The notes under the pieces were generated by a model that made no database searches, was not told the origin of the DNA, and saw only the letters and a program-made list of their open reading frames with translations. Positions 34,068 to 45,661 of a stretch of 64,000 nt of DNA are shown in pieces (within the stretch, counting starts at the first letter, position 1; the number at the start of each line of letters is the position of its first letter). The stretch comes from Thecamonas trahens ATCC 50062 (taxonomy: Eukaryota; Protista; Apusomonadida), in contig NW_013657653.1 in the NCBI RefSeq assembly GCF_000142905.1, forward strand, positions 157,649-221,648, read 5' to 3'. Made by a program: the position numbers and the translations under genes.

Positions 34068-34937
34068 CTAAGTGGTGGGCCACGAGATCGTTGCGCCACT
34101 GGCCGGCTCGGCGTCGATGGCGACGAGCGGACTTGCTTCTGGGGCGCTGCTGGTAAAGAGGGCGAGGAGAACCTTGGCAGACGATGGATGCGCACGCCCT
34201 AGCGTAGCATGCTTGCGGGCAATGCTTGCCGCACGGTCCCACGTGTGCTTGTCCGGCGGCCCACAAGTGGCGGTGAGGCAGGCCGTGATGACGGCCGGGA
34301 GCTGCAGCGCGCAAGCGAGAAGGAGCGCTTGATCGACAGCGTGCGGCGGCGCGGCAGCTTCGGCGCTAGTCACGAGCCAGATGGCCAGCTCGGCGTCGCC
34401 AGCAAGGACGGCAAGTGCCGCAAGCGTCAGTGCGCTGCCTCCGAACGGTCCCAGCTCGGCGAGAGCTGCGGCGGTGGCCGGCGTGCGTTCGACGGCAACG
34501 GTTGCGTCGAGGCGGGTGAGCCTCGCGGCGAGGCGGAAGCGATCGGCAGCAATACCAAGCCATGCACCAGCGGCAACATCCACCAGCCGCGATGGGCAGT
34601 CGTACCAGAACTCACGGCCGGAGCGCAGGTCGTCGGCCGAGCCGAGCCAGGCCCAGTCGTCGGCGCCCGCCGTCGTCGGCGCGGTCGCAGGCACGTACTC
34701 GGCAAGGAGGGGCGTTCTTACCAGGCAGTACTCGGCGCCGGCCCACAATCCATGCGCAATGCATGCGTCGTATCCAATCGTCGCGTGCACCCGCGCGTAC
34801 TCGAGCCGCGAGCCGAGGAGGGTGGTGTGGAGCCGGCGGCAGGTGCTCGCCAGCGCCACCACGTCGCGCGGCGGCAGGAGACCCAGGCCATGGACAATCA
34901 GAATGAGCACCTCGTCCGGTAGCGCGAGGAGATCCAT
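34068..34937 (-). CDS. F-box protein
   Basis: N-terminal LLALPDEVLILIV..LPPRDVVALASTCRRLH. Confidence 0.7.
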   Translation of the reverse strand: MDLLALPDEVLILIVHGLGLLPPRDVVALASTCRRLHTTLLGSRLEYARVHATIGYDACIAHGLWAGAEYCLVRTPLLAEYVPATAPTTAGADDWAWLGSADDLRSGREFWYDCPSRLVDVAAGAWLGIAADRFRLAARLTRLDATVAVERTPATAAALAELGPFGGSALTLAALAVLAGDAELAIWLVTSAEAAAPPHAVDQALLLACALQLPAVITACLTATCGPPDKHTWDRAASIARKHATLGRAHPSSAKVLLALFTSSAPEASPLVAIDAEPASGATISWPTT

Positions 34938-35485
34938 GTCAACAAAAAGGAGCCTTGAGCAGGCGATGCAAGTGCGATTGGCCGAGAGCGCTGATGCCCT
35001 CGTCGCGCCGCTTGCCCGCGCTCCAGCCCCTCGCTCGTCCCGCACCACGCTGTGGCGAAACATGTCGAACCATCTGCAAATTGGGTTGGGTAGAGCCAGG
35101 CCGACATCGTGCCGACATCGTGCAGGCCGAGCCAGACGGTACCAAAGACGGCACAAGGGGGGGGGGACAGGGAGGCGGGGCGAAGGGAAGAGGCTGGCGG
35201 CTGGCCCAAGCCCAGGCAAGGCCATCGAGTCTGCGAGTCTGCGGCAGCTAGCTCCACTCTCCCGTTGTCTGTCACCTGTTCTCCCGCGGCCCGCGGTAGA
35301 TGCCACTCGACCGCCCACCCAAAGCTGACTGCCGACCGCCGACCGCCCCGCTGACGCTTGCAAGCCATCGACCGCCCGCGCCAGTTTCTACCACCACCAC
35401 ACCTCCCCCACCTCCCCTCCTCCCTCCCCCCCCCCCCCCCCCCCTCACCCACTGGCCGGGTGTGCTTGTCGCCGTCCCTCCAACC

Positions 35486-36010
35486 ATGGATGTGTCGTCG
35501 GACCTGTTCCTCAACCTGCGCAAGAAGGTGTATGACCACCTCCTCGGCCCGCGGCTGTACGACTCGTTCTCGCTCGACCAGTTCCGCAAGTGCTTCCCGC
35601 GGACACACCGCGACAAGAGCGACGTTGTTCTTCTGCATGAGATGTTTGTTGTCCACCGCCAGCAGGTCCGCGCACGAGTCGATAACCTCATCAAGCGCCG
35701 CTTTGCCCAGCTCGAGCGCGCTGCTCGCGCCGTCGATGTGGTCGACGTTGAGGGCCTCGCTCTCCCGGACGCGCTCGCCTTCCTCTCCGACCGCCAGGCG
35801 GCGCTGCAAGACGAAATGCGCGAGCTTGAGCGCGAGGTCGCTGCTGCCCGCAACAAGATCGCTCGCTGCGAGTCAGCACTTTCGGGCATGGGCCTCGGCG
35901 CCGGCGCCGACGCCGCCGCTGTCAACGTCCCGCATCTCGACGAGCTCCTCGCCCTCCTCACCCCGCCCGAGGCGTCGGCGTCGCCCGCGCCTCCGTCGTC
36001 GGCATCATAG
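35486..36010 (+). CDS. Cnl2/Nkp2-like inner kinetochore protein
   Basis: HLLGPRLYDSFSLDQFRKCFP...LLHEMFVVHRQQVRARVDNLI followed by a coiled coil ending ALSGM, matching my recollection of the Cnl2/NKP2 pattern (L..isleqF..lFP...lY..l...R....V..nI). Confidence 0.62.
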   Translation: MDVSSDLFLNLRKKVYDHLLGPRLYDSFSLDQFRKCFPRTHRDKSDVVLLHEMFVVHRQQVRARVDNLIKRRFAQLERAARAVDVVDVEGLALPDALAFLSDRQAALQDEMRELEREVAAARNKIARCESALSGMGLGAGADAAAVNVPHLDELLALLTPPEASASPAPPSSAS

Positions 36011-36093
36011 TCCCCTCCTGCTAGAAAATCACACGTAAATGACCGTATCTGCCAACGTGGCTTCATTCATTGTGTCTCTCTGGCCAGCAGGCG

Positions 36094-38844
36094 CTACGTC
36101 CGCCGCACAGCCTGGCTCGAGCGGTGCCGGAGCGACCGTCCACGCTTGGTCTTTGTCGCCTGGGCCCGCGACGAGCTCTCGTCGTCGTCGCTGGTCGCCG
36201 CCGCGCTGTCGTCCTCGGCAGACTCGTCAGACGGGCTCGATGCGGCGTCGTCGTCGTCACTATCGTTGTCTAGCGCGCGCTTGCTGGTCGCGGCGCCTGG
36301 AGCCTCGTCGAGCGGCTGCAGCACGTCCATCTCGTTGAGCGTAATGTCGAGGAGGAATGAGGCCTGGTAGAGGCGATCGAGCCGGGCGGCATGCTTGATG
36401 GTGTACGGCTCGAGCGCGGTGAGGACGCTGCCGAGCGAGCCCTCCATGGAGCTGACCAGATCCTCGGGATCAAACGAGGTAAAGACGGCGTGCAGGAGCG
36501 ACTGGACGAGAAAGGCGTTGCGGGCTATGGTGTTCCACATCTTGGCAAAGCCGAGCAGGGTCTCGAGCTTGCCCGGCGAGAGTGGGGCAACGAGCTCGGC
36601 GAGCGCAGCGGTGCGCTCGGTCTGGTTGGCCGCTGCCGTGTCGAGCTTTTGCAGCACGCGGAGCGCGTTGCGCGGCTGCTTGAGCTCGAGCGCAAGTTCG
36701 AGCGCCTCCGAGTATTTGGAGGAGGCCAGCGCGTTGGCGAGCCGCTGCTCCTTGAGGACGACGTCCTCGGCGGCGGCAGCGGCGGCGGCGGCGACGACCG
36801 CGGTCTGGTCGCGCCAGACGGTGAGCGCAGAGTCTGCGCCGCCGGTCAGCATGTACTCGCCGTCGGCGGCGACGTCCAACGCCCAAATCTTCTCGTTGTG
36901 GGCGTCGATGGTTGCCGCGCACGACGAGGTCTTGAGAGTGAAGACCTTGACGATGCCGTCGGCGGCCGTCGTCGCCACCTGCATACCTGCCGAGACAAAG
37001 CGGACGCGAAGGACCGAGGCCGCGTGGCCCTCGAGCGTCCGCAGGCAGCTGTAGTCACGGGCCGACCAGATCTTGACGGTCTTGTCGGACGAGGCCGAGG
37101 CGAGGACACGGTCAACCCGCGAGAACTGCACATCCCAGACTCCCTTGCGGTGGCCTGAGAGCGTCGCAACCGGGTCAAGGTCCGGCAGCGACCAGACCTT
37201 GACCGTCTTGTCCTGCGAGGCCGAGGCGACCAAGCTGTCATTGGGCGCGACCGCGAGCGCGTTGATGTCCTTGGGGTGAGCGCGCGCTGTGGCCAGCGCC
37301 TCCATCACGTCACCAGTGTCGTTGACCTGCCACACCTTGAGCGTGTTGTCCTTGGAGCCGGTCACAACCTTGCCCGAGTCGCGCGAGAAGAATGTGACGG
37401 CTGAGACGGCGTCGGTGTGGCCGGCGCCGGAGGCCACCAGCTTCCCGCCGGTCATGTCCCACACCTTGACCGTCCGATCCTTGGACGCCGACGCGAGAGC
37501 GGTGCCCGACGGCGCCAGCGCAAGGCCAAACACCACGTCGTCATGGCCCTCGAGCACCGAGCTCGAACCGGTCGCCAGGTCAACCACCTTGATGACGTTA
37601 GAGTTGGAGGCAACAACCGCCTGGCGCGGCATGCCGGCTTCGTCTTCGCCCACCAGCACCGAATCCAAGATTTCGTCGTGGTAGCCGGAGAGCGTCGCGG
37701 TCAGCTGCCCGTCCGGCAGCGCGTACGTCAGCACGTCCGATTCGACCGTCGTCGACAGCAGCGCCAACGAGCCAGCCTCGCCGGCGCCGACCGCGTCGCC
37801 AGGCACCACCAGCAGCGAGGTGAGCGCAAGGTTGCCCGGCGTTGCCAGCGTCCGCACCACCTGCTGGGTCGAGAGCGACCACGCCCGGATGCAGCCCTTC
37901 TCGCCGGCGGTGAGCGCCAGGAGCCCGTCGCCGAGCTTGGCCCCCTTCTTGCCCTTCTTGCCCTTGCTCTTGCCCTTGCTCTTGCTCTTGCCACTCGTGC
38001 GATCAACAGCCTCACCGGCAGCGCTCTCGCACGCCAGCTCGCTCGCCTCAACAATGACGACGGCCTCGACAATCTCGTAGACCGGAATGGTGGCGAGCAT
38101 GCTGCGGTCGCGGACGGACCAGGCGATGATGACGCCGTCGCGCGAGGCCGAGACCATGACCGAGCCGTCGGACGAAAAGGCAATCGAGGTGACCGACGAC
38201 ATGTGGCCCTCCATCACGCCTAGGCATGACACGTTCATCATGTCCCACACCCGGATGGTACCGTCGTCGGCGCCCGAGAAGACGACCCAGGTATCCGGCT
38301 GCGGATGAAAGGCGACGGCGGTGACCATACCGCGATGGCCCTTGAAGTTGTGGGTGCAGAAGCCCTTGTCCACGTTCCAAACCCGCACCTTGCCGTCGGT
38401 CGAGCCCGTGACCGCCAGGTTGCCTGTCGGATCGAGAACGAGCGAGACCACAGGGCCGGACATGGTCTTGATCGTCCGGGTCACCGCGCCCGTCGCCACC
38501 TCGACCACCTGCAGCACGTCGAGCCGCTCGCGCGAGAAGACCACAGCACGCTCCAGCCGCGGGCCCGCTGCAAGTGCAAGCACCTCACCGGCGCCCAGCG
38601 TATGCTGCGCCTGCGTCGTTCCCGTCGCCAGCGAGACGACCGCAAAGCCGTCATCACAAGCGCACACCGCGGCGAGGCCTGCCGAGGCCTCCTCGGGCAC
38701 TTGACCGCGGAGCGCATCCTGCCGCGCCACCGCAGAGCTCACCGCCAGCGGGCCTCCCGTGTAGAACCGTGTGAAGCTCCGCTCCTTGCCAAACGCCGTC
38801 CGCAGCGCCAGCGAGCTGCCCATGAGCGCACCAGCGGCTGACAT
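36094..38844 (-). CDS. TBL3: U3 snoRNP WD40 protein Utp13 / TBL3
   Basis: FYTGG, GFCTHNFKGHRG, GYHDEILD, AHPKDINALAVAPND..ASASQDKT, GHRKGVWDVQFS and the Utp13 C-terminal domain (WNTIARNA, PYTIKH..RL). Confidence 0.95.
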   Translation of the reverse strand: MSAAGALMGSSLALRTAFGKERSFTRFYTGGPLAVSSAVARQDALRGQVPEEASAGLAAVCACDDGFAVVSLATGTTQAQHTLGAGEVLALAAGPRLERAVVFSRERLDVLQVVEVATGAVTRTIKTMSGPVVSLVLDPTGNLAVTGSTDGKVRVWNVDKGFCTHNFKGHRGMVTAVAFHPQPDTWVVFSGADDGTIRVWDMMNVSCLGVMEGHMSSVTSIAFSSDGSVMVSASRDGVIIAWSVRDRSMLATIPVYEIVEAVVIVEASELACESAAGEAVDRTSGKSKSKGKSKGKKGKKGAKLGDGLLALTAGEKGCIRAWSLSTQQVVRTLATPGNLALTSLLVVPGDAVGAGEAGSLALLSTTVESDVLTYALPDGQLTATLSGYHDEILDSVLVGEDEAGMPRQAVVASNSNVIKVVDLATGSSSVLEGHDDVVFGLALAPSGTALASASKDRTVKVWDMTGGKLVASGAGHTDAVSAVTFFSRDSGKVVTGSKDNTLKVWQVNDTGDVMEALATARAHPKDINALAVAPNDSLVASASQDKTVKVWSLPDLDPVATLSGHRKGVWDVQFSRVDRVLASASSDKTVKIWSARDYSCLRTLEGHAASVLRVRFVSAGMQVATTAADGIVKVFTLKTSSCAATIDAHNEKIWALDVAADGEYMLTGGADSALTVWRDQTAVVAAAAAAAAEDVVLKEQRLANALASSKYSEALELALELKQPRNALRVLQKLDTAAANQTERTAALAELVAPLSPGKLETLLGFAKMWNTIARNAFLVQSLLHAVFTSFDPEDLVSSMEGSLGSVLTALEPYTIKHAARLDRLYQASFLLDITLNEMDVLQPLDEAPGAATSKRALDNDSDDDDAASSPSDESAEDDSAAATSDDDESSSRAQATKTKRGRSLRHRSSQAVRRT

Positions 38845-39282
38845 GGGGCGGATGGAAGATGGATGGGAGGCGAGTGGCCGACAACTGGAGCACTCTTGCC
38901 CAAAGCCATTCATGAACGAACCAACCGTTTGAAAGGGCACGCCCTTCCCCTCCCCCACCCGCCCTACCCATCACATATCCACATCGCCATCGCCTCTATC
39001 ACCACCCCCACCCCCGCCACCATCACCATCACGCACCTGTGTACATATCGATGGCGTCCATCAGTCGCAATGGGCTCGGGCCTCGCCCCTCAACCTCGCC
39101 ACGTCTTCCAGACGCAGTTAGGCTGCGTGATCTCCTTGCCGTGGTCGTTCGGTGAGCGGCGGCCAGCGCCACGGTTGCTGCCCTCCCGCTCGTTGGCCAC
39201 TCTCCCCACACCACCCCCGCCACACTCCACCCACTTCCCCCGCTTTAACCCCCTTCCGCGCACACACATCCATCGCCCACCC

Positions 39283-40653
39283 ATGGCAACGCGTGTACGT
39301 CATCCACATCCGTCTGGAGTTGAACCCTGCATGCCTTCACCTCCCCACTGGGTACACTTGGGGCGAGCGCCAGAGCAAAGCAGAGGGGGCCGTTGGACTC
39401 ACGAAATTTTCAAATGTTTTGAACTGCCGCCGTCCCCCCCCCAACCCCACCCCACCCCACCCCACCATTCCCCTCCCCCTTGAGTGATCTTGCAGGCGCC
39501 GCTCATGGAGAGCCTCAACTCGTCGCTCAACTCGTCACTCAACTCGTCGCTCAACTCGTCGCACGATCTCACGACCTCGTTCTCGGTGTTTGACGAGAAG
39601 GAGAACCCGCTGCTGATGGAGGCGACGTCGTCTCCGCACAAGGGCGGCGGCAAGTTGCGGTCGCGGCACGGCTCGCCGCACACCGGCCGTGGCTCGCCGC
39701 GGACGTGGAAGAACCAGGCCGAGGGCATGCGGTCGCGGCGTCGCGAAATGTCCAAGGACCTGCTGAACGAGTCGATCAACTCGTCGCTGGCGTCGTCGCC
39801 AGGCGAGCTGGGCAACGCGTCGATGCTCTCGGACTCGTCGGAAGGCTCGATGGACGCCTCGGCCCTCATTGCCGCCCATGAAAAGTCGGCGAGCGCGGCT
39901 AAGGGCGGCGCTGCCGCCGTGGCACTTGTCGAAAAGGCCTTCCTGGAGATGGAGTCGCAGCTGCGGGCGCTCGAGCGGCGGCCGCGCAACTCACCGCTTC
40001 GCAACGGCGGAACACCCGTCCGCGAGGCAACGCCGGCTACCCCGGGTTCGCCGTTCAAGACCGAGGTCGACAAGACCCGCCAGCTGCGCGAGGTCAATCT
40101 CGAGCTCGTCCGCGCACAAAAGGCCAAAGAGGCGGCCGAGACCGAGCTCGCCAATCTCCGCGAGCAAGTCGAGAGCCTCTCGGCCGCCAACGCCGAGAAC
40201 AAGGCCATGGTTGTCTCCCTCACCACCCAGATCTCCGATCGCATGTCGGACATCTCTGAGCTCGAGGACAAGGTCACACTCCTGCAGACGACCCTCGCCG
40301 CGCTGCAGCAGAGCGTCCGTGACGATGCCGCCAACCGGACCAACCAGCGCAAGGTCAACGCTGCGCTCAAGACCTACTTTAACCACAACGGCATGACGCC
40401 CATGACCGAGGAGGGCGAGGCCCTCATCGAGCTGCAGGCCAAGTACGACGCCATCAAGCTCCGCTACTTTTCCGTCCTCGCCCTCGCCATCAAGCTCAGC
40501 TACTCCTCGGCCGGCATCTCGATCAACAGCATGGACTCGCAGGCCGTCTTTGACGAGCTCATTGCCGATGGCGTTGACGAGGCCGAGTGGCCGCAGCGCA
40601 TCGGCATGTACTTTGAGGCCCACACCCGCACGCAGTCGGCACGCATCAACTGA
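39283..40653 (+). CDS. Coiled-coil protein of unknown function (2 exons predicted)
   Basis: Exon 1 MATR 39283-39294, intron 39295-39495 (GTACGT..TTGCAG) in phase. (SLNS)4 repeat, long coiled coil, and a C-terminal globular segment YFSVLALAIKL..EWP. Confidence 0.7.
39514..39561 (+). repeat. 12-bp coding tandem repeat x4 (CTCAACTCGTCR; LNSS)
   Basis: Directly visible in the sequence. Confidence 0.85.
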
Positions 40654-40907
40654 TGGGCGAGAGAGAAAGAGAGAGAGCGCTGGACAAGCATGTCCGACCC
40701 TGCGTGGCTGTACCCTTTGCGAGCCGCAGCGATGTGTCAAAGAATTAACAACATCATCCCCAAAGAATGACCGGATCAGATCACATTGGGACGTCGACGG
40801 TCCCAACTCGATCCTGATCCAGCACCAGCTTACCCTCCCCTCCTTCCCCCCCCCTCCCCTTCCCCCCTCCCCTTTCCTACACAGCCAACACCACACTACA
40901 GCACGAC

Positions 40908-42322
40908 ATGTCATCCGAGCCCGCCAGAGATTCTGCTGCCGCCTCCGCTGACACCAGCAAGTGCCCTGTGCCGCACGGTGCGCAGGGCATGCTCGACGAG
41001 ACGTAGGTTTGCGTGCGTGGCGGTGACCAGGAGGGGAGGAGCAGCAGCAGGGAGAGAGTCACTTACCACGTTGCGGGGTTGTGGCTGCTGGGGGTTGGGG
41101 GGCTGGGTTGGGGAAATGTGCGGGGAAGAACAGGAGCAAGGCTGTGCTGACCAAGCTTGCGCAGTCTCGGTCTGAGAACATCACGTCGCTCGGAGCCGAG
41201 ACCATTCACCCGTTCCTGGCGGCGCCGTCGCAGCGCGACTACACCGAGGCGTGCACGTACTGGGACTACATTCACCCAGAGACATTGACGTCGCTGCAGA
41301 GCGGGCGCGAGGGCAAGGGCCTCAATCACCATGACGAGCACCTGTTCATCATTGTCCACCAGGTCTTTGAGCTCTGGTTCAAGCAGGTCCTCCATGATCT
41401 CGACTACACCATCGAGACGCTGCTCTCGCCCGACGCCCGGCGCGACGAGTGGCATTTGGCGACGTCGCGGCTCCGGCGAGCGCACGAGATCCTGCGGATC
41501 TCGATGCCGACCTTTGAGGCGCTTGCCAAGCACCACGATCCGCAGGACTTCCTCGAGTACCGCTGGGCGCTCTCGCCGGCCTCGGGCTTCCAGTCTGCGC
41601 AGTTCCGCATTCTCGAGCTCCGCTTTGGCATCACCGAGAAGCAGCGCAAGTGCGAGTTTGTCGGCGACTACCGCGACGCGTTCATCACTAAGCTGGCCGA
41701 CAAGACGCAGGTCTTTGATGAGGCCGAGACCCAGCCAACGCTTAAGGAGGCGGTCATGAGCTGGCTCGACCGTATCGAGCTTGACCATCTCGACACCTTT
41801 TTCACCGCCTTTCTCGACGCAAAGTCTGCCGAGCACAACCACCAGATCTCCGAGCTGCGTGCGGCGCTCGACGAGCTCGACGCCGTGGCGCCGTCGATCG
41901 ACGTCGACGCCAAGCTCCTCAAGCAGATGCTCCACAAGGAGAAGCGAAACCTCGCTGCGCGCATTGAGGCCTCGACCGAGCAATGGCACGCTCTCGAGCG
42001 GTTCTACGCCGACCCGCGCCTTGGCCGCGCCCGCAAGGCTGCCACCTTCCTCCTCACCTTCCGCCACTACTCGAACTTTATCGACCTTGCCGACACCGTC
42101 CAGCACGCTCTCGACTTTGAGGCTGCCTTTGTGCTGTGGCGGACCCACCACGCTCGCATGGTCGAGCGCATGATCGGCCGCCGCCATGGCACCGGCGGCT
42201 CGTCCGGCATGGACTACCTCGACGACACCACTCGCTACCGTGTCTTTAAGGACCTTGCCTTTGTCCGTTCTATCGCCCTCCCGGCCTCGATGTTCCCGTC
42301 TGTGGTGAGTCTGTTTGATTGA
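40908..42322 (+). CDS. TDO2: Tryptophan 2,3-dioxygenase (2 exons)
   Basis: HDEHLFIIVHQVFELWFKQ, LSPASGFQSAQFR, MVERMIG..GTGGSSG. Exon 1 40908-41002, intron 41003-41133 in phase. Confidence 0.95.
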
Positions 42323-42580
42323 TGGCATGATGGATGAAGCACAGCAGTACTACCCCCCTACACCGGCCCCTCCCCCCCCCCCCCCCCCCCCGCCTCCTCC
42401 TCCCGGGCACCAAGTCAGTTGAACCAGCGTTCCAATCCAATTCGCCGACATGGTGGCATCGCGAACGTCAGGCGCGTCGTATTCTGAGCTCCGACTTGGG
42501 CGGTGTCCTGTGACCGCTTCCGTCATACGCACTCTTCTCTCGAGTCCTCTGTCTTTCCCTCTTTCCCATCCCCATATACT

Positions 42581-44734
42581 ATGAGTGTGCGCGAGTTCCA
42601 ACCGCTCTTCACCTGGGTACGTCCTCTCCTTGCAACGTTGCTACCGCCGAGTCACGCAGCCGTCTTCAGCAAGGCGACGTGGCATGGCCACACCAGTTTT
42701 TGCCACTACCACGCCGGGTTCCCAAGGCCTCACCACGGGCTCTGCCCTGCTTCTCCCAGCGCACACACTCCCCCTCCCCCCCCCCTTCCTCGCAAGGTAC
42801 CACTCCTGCCAGCTAGCACAGATGTGCCATGCCGTCCGTCTGGGCCGGCTTCCCCCCCCCCCCCCCCCCCCGCCCCTGCCGTGCCGCGCCATCACGGATG
42901 GCGCCGGCAACCGTTCGTCCATTCGTCCGTTTATTACCCAATTGGGGGAGCAGCCGGCGTGGCGTGTGCGAAAAGCTTCGCTTCGAGTGTTCCATTTCGC
43001 CGGAAAATGAGCCGCCGAGCCTGCGGCGGCGGAACACCATGGGCTTGCGAAGACTCACTCACGCACCTCCTCCTCCTCCTCCCCCTCCCCCTCCCCCTTC
43101 TCACTTGGTGTTGGCATGTGTAGGGCTTCAAGTTCCACCGTTCGCAGTTCCTTGTCCCGCTTCTCTCGAACAATGTGTTCATGTCTGGCAACGAGGCCGT
43201 CAACTCGGGCACGTCGGCAGGCGGGTGGGCCGGTGACGCGCTTTCGGAGATGCTGCAGAACGAGCTGACCGAGGGCCAGAACGTGGTGCGTGCCGAGGCA
43301 CAGGCGCTGCGCGGGGCCGAGGCTGCCAAGGGCGCGATGCTGGACCAGGCTGCGGAGCTTGCGGCCAACAAGGTGCCTGCCGACCACTGCGTGGCGATGG
43401 GCGCGGATGAGGTTGAGGCACCGGCCGGCGGCGTGCGCCCGCTGGAGGTCATCTCGCAGCTGCCGACGAGCGAGCTCTCGGACGCGGAGGTGCTTGCGCT
43501 TGTGGTAGCCAAGAAGATCCCGGCGTACAAGCTGGAGAAGGTGCTGGGCGACTGCGCGCGGGCGGTTGTCATCCGGCGGATGCACCTGGAGACGCTCGGT
43601 GTGGAGCTCGAGACGCTTCCGCACGAGCACATTGATTATGCGCCGATTCAGGGTGCGTGCTGCGAGAACGTGGTTGGCTACGTCTCGCTGCCTGTGGGCA
43701 CCGCAGGCCCGCTCCTGCTGGACGGGACCGAGTACTTTGTGCCCATGGCGACCGTCGAAGGATGCCTAGTGGCGTCGACGCACCGCGGGTGCAAGGCGAT
43801 CACGCTCTCGGGCGGGGCGTCGTCGGAGCTGCTTGCCGACGGCATGACCCGTGGCCCGGTCCTCCGCATGCCGTCGCTTGCCAGCGCGGCCGAGCTCAAG
43901 AAGTTCCTCGACGATCCCGAGACGTTTGCGGCGGTGCAGGCGGCGTTCAACTCGACCTCGCGGTTTGCGCGGCTCGAGTCGGTCCAGGTCTCTGTCGCTG
44001 GCCGCACCGTCTTTGCCCGCTTCAAGGCCTTTACCGGCGATGCCATGGGGATGAACATGATCTCCAAGGGCACCAAGAAGGCGCTCGAGCTCCTCCAGGC
44101 CGAGTTCCCCGACATGATTGTGGTCTCGGTCTCGGGCAACTACTGCACCGACAAGAAGCCCGCGGCGCTGAACTGGATCAACGGCCGCGGCAAGTCGGTT
44201 TCGGTCGAGGCCACCATCTCGGCCTCGGTCGTCTCCAAGGTCCTCAAGACCTCGGTTGACGCCCTTGTTGACGTCAACATCTCCAAGAACCTCATCGGCT
44301 CGGCCATGGCTGGCTCGGTCGGCGGCTTTAACGCCCATGCCGCCAACATTGTCACCGCCATCTTCCTCGCCACTGGGCAGGACGCCGCCCAGAACGTCGA
44401 GTCATCCAACTGCATCACCCTCATGGAGAAGACTCGTGATGGCGACCTGTACATGTCGGTCACCATGCCGTCGATCGAGGTCGGCACCATCGGTGGCGGA
44501 ACCCACCTGCAGGCCCAGTCAGCCAACCTGCGCATGCTCGGCGTCAAGGGTCCCAACCGCGATGTGCCCGGCTCCAACGCCGCCACCCTCGCCCGCATCG
44601 TCGCCGCCACCGTCATGGCCGGTGAGCTCTCGCTCATTTCGGCCCTCGCCGCCGGCCAGCTTGTCCAGTCGCACATGCAGCACAACCGGTCGTCGCAGAA
44701 CCTGGCCGGGGCTGCCGCCACGGCTTCCAACTGA
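42581..44734 (+). CDS. HMGCR: Class I HMG-CoA reductase (2 exons predicted)
   Basis: [52 protein letters not shown]. Exon 1 42581-42616, intron 42617-43123 in phase. Confidence 0.96.
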
Positions 44735-44871
44735 GCGACTGCCCAAAGCCGTCGCTCCGCCTAGCCACCCGACCTTTGTCACGTAGCTTGTTGTTTTGTT
44801 GCACAAACTTCACACATACTCCACCTCTGCGCCTTGTACGCACCCCACATCTCCCCACATGCCTATCTTGC

Positions 44872-44898
44872 TGTGTGTGTGTGTGTGTGTGTGTGTGT
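44872..44898. repeat. (TG)n microsatellite
   Basis: About 13 TG units between HMGCR and ALG14. Confidence 0.9.
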
Positions 44899-44983
44899 CA
44901 CCAGCAGGATGTCGAAGACAGCCACTCCGTCGTAAGCCCTCCTCCCTCCCTTCGAACTCGCACCCACTTCCCTCAACACATCC

Positions 44984-45661
44984 ATGTTTTGGGCGCTGGC
45001 AGCAGCAAGCCCCTGGAGCATCGCAGGATGCGTGGCTCTGGTGCTGGCGGTGAGGACGGCGGCGTGCGTGCCCGGGCTGCGGGCTGCGCTCGGGCTCGGC
45101 CGTAGTCAAGGGAGTGGGCGGCGGCGGCCGGCGGGGCAGGCAGCGGCGGCGCTGGTGGTCCTGGGCTCTGGCGGTCACACGTCGGAAATGCTGTCGATGC
45201 TGGCTGCGCTCGACCGAGCGCGGTACAGCCCGCGGACGTACGTGGTGGCGGCAACCGATCGGCACTCGGCGGGCAAGGCCGAGGCGGCTGAGGAAGGGGC
45301 GGGTGACGCGCGGGTGGTGGCCACGCCGCGGGCGCGCGAGGTCGGGCAATCGTGGGTGACGACGGTGGTGACGACGGCGTGGGCCCTAGTTCATGCGCTG
45401 TGGCTCATTCTCGTCGCCATCCGCCCAGACGTGGTGCTGGTCAACGGGCCCGGGACGTGCGTCCCGTTCTGCATCGCCGCCACCGTCGGCAACGTGCTCG
45501 GCCTCACCGCCACCCGCATTGTCTTTGTCGAGTCGATGTGCCGCGTCGACTCGCTCTCGCTCTCGGGCCGCATCCTTTATCCGCTCGCCCACCGGTTCCT
45601 TGTCCAGTGGGCCTCGCTCGTCGCCCACTACCCGCACGCCGAGTATGTTGGCCTCATGTGA
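44984..45661 (+). CDS. ALG14: UDP-GlcNAc transferase subunit ALG14
   Basis: VLGSGGHTSEM, PRAREVGQSW, NGPGTCVP, FVESMCRV..LSLSGRILY, FLVQW. Confidence 0.95.
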   Translation: MFWALAAASPWSIAGCVALVLAVRTAACVPGLRAALGLGRSQGSGRRRPAGQAAAALVVLGSGGHTSEMLSMLAALDRARYSPRTYVVAATDRHSAGKAEAAEEGAGDARVVATPRAREVGQSWVTTVVTTAWALVHALWLILVAIRPDVVLVNGPGTCVPFCIAATVGNVLGLTATRIVFVESMCRVDSLSLSGRILYPLAHRFLVQWASLVAHYPHAEYVGLM

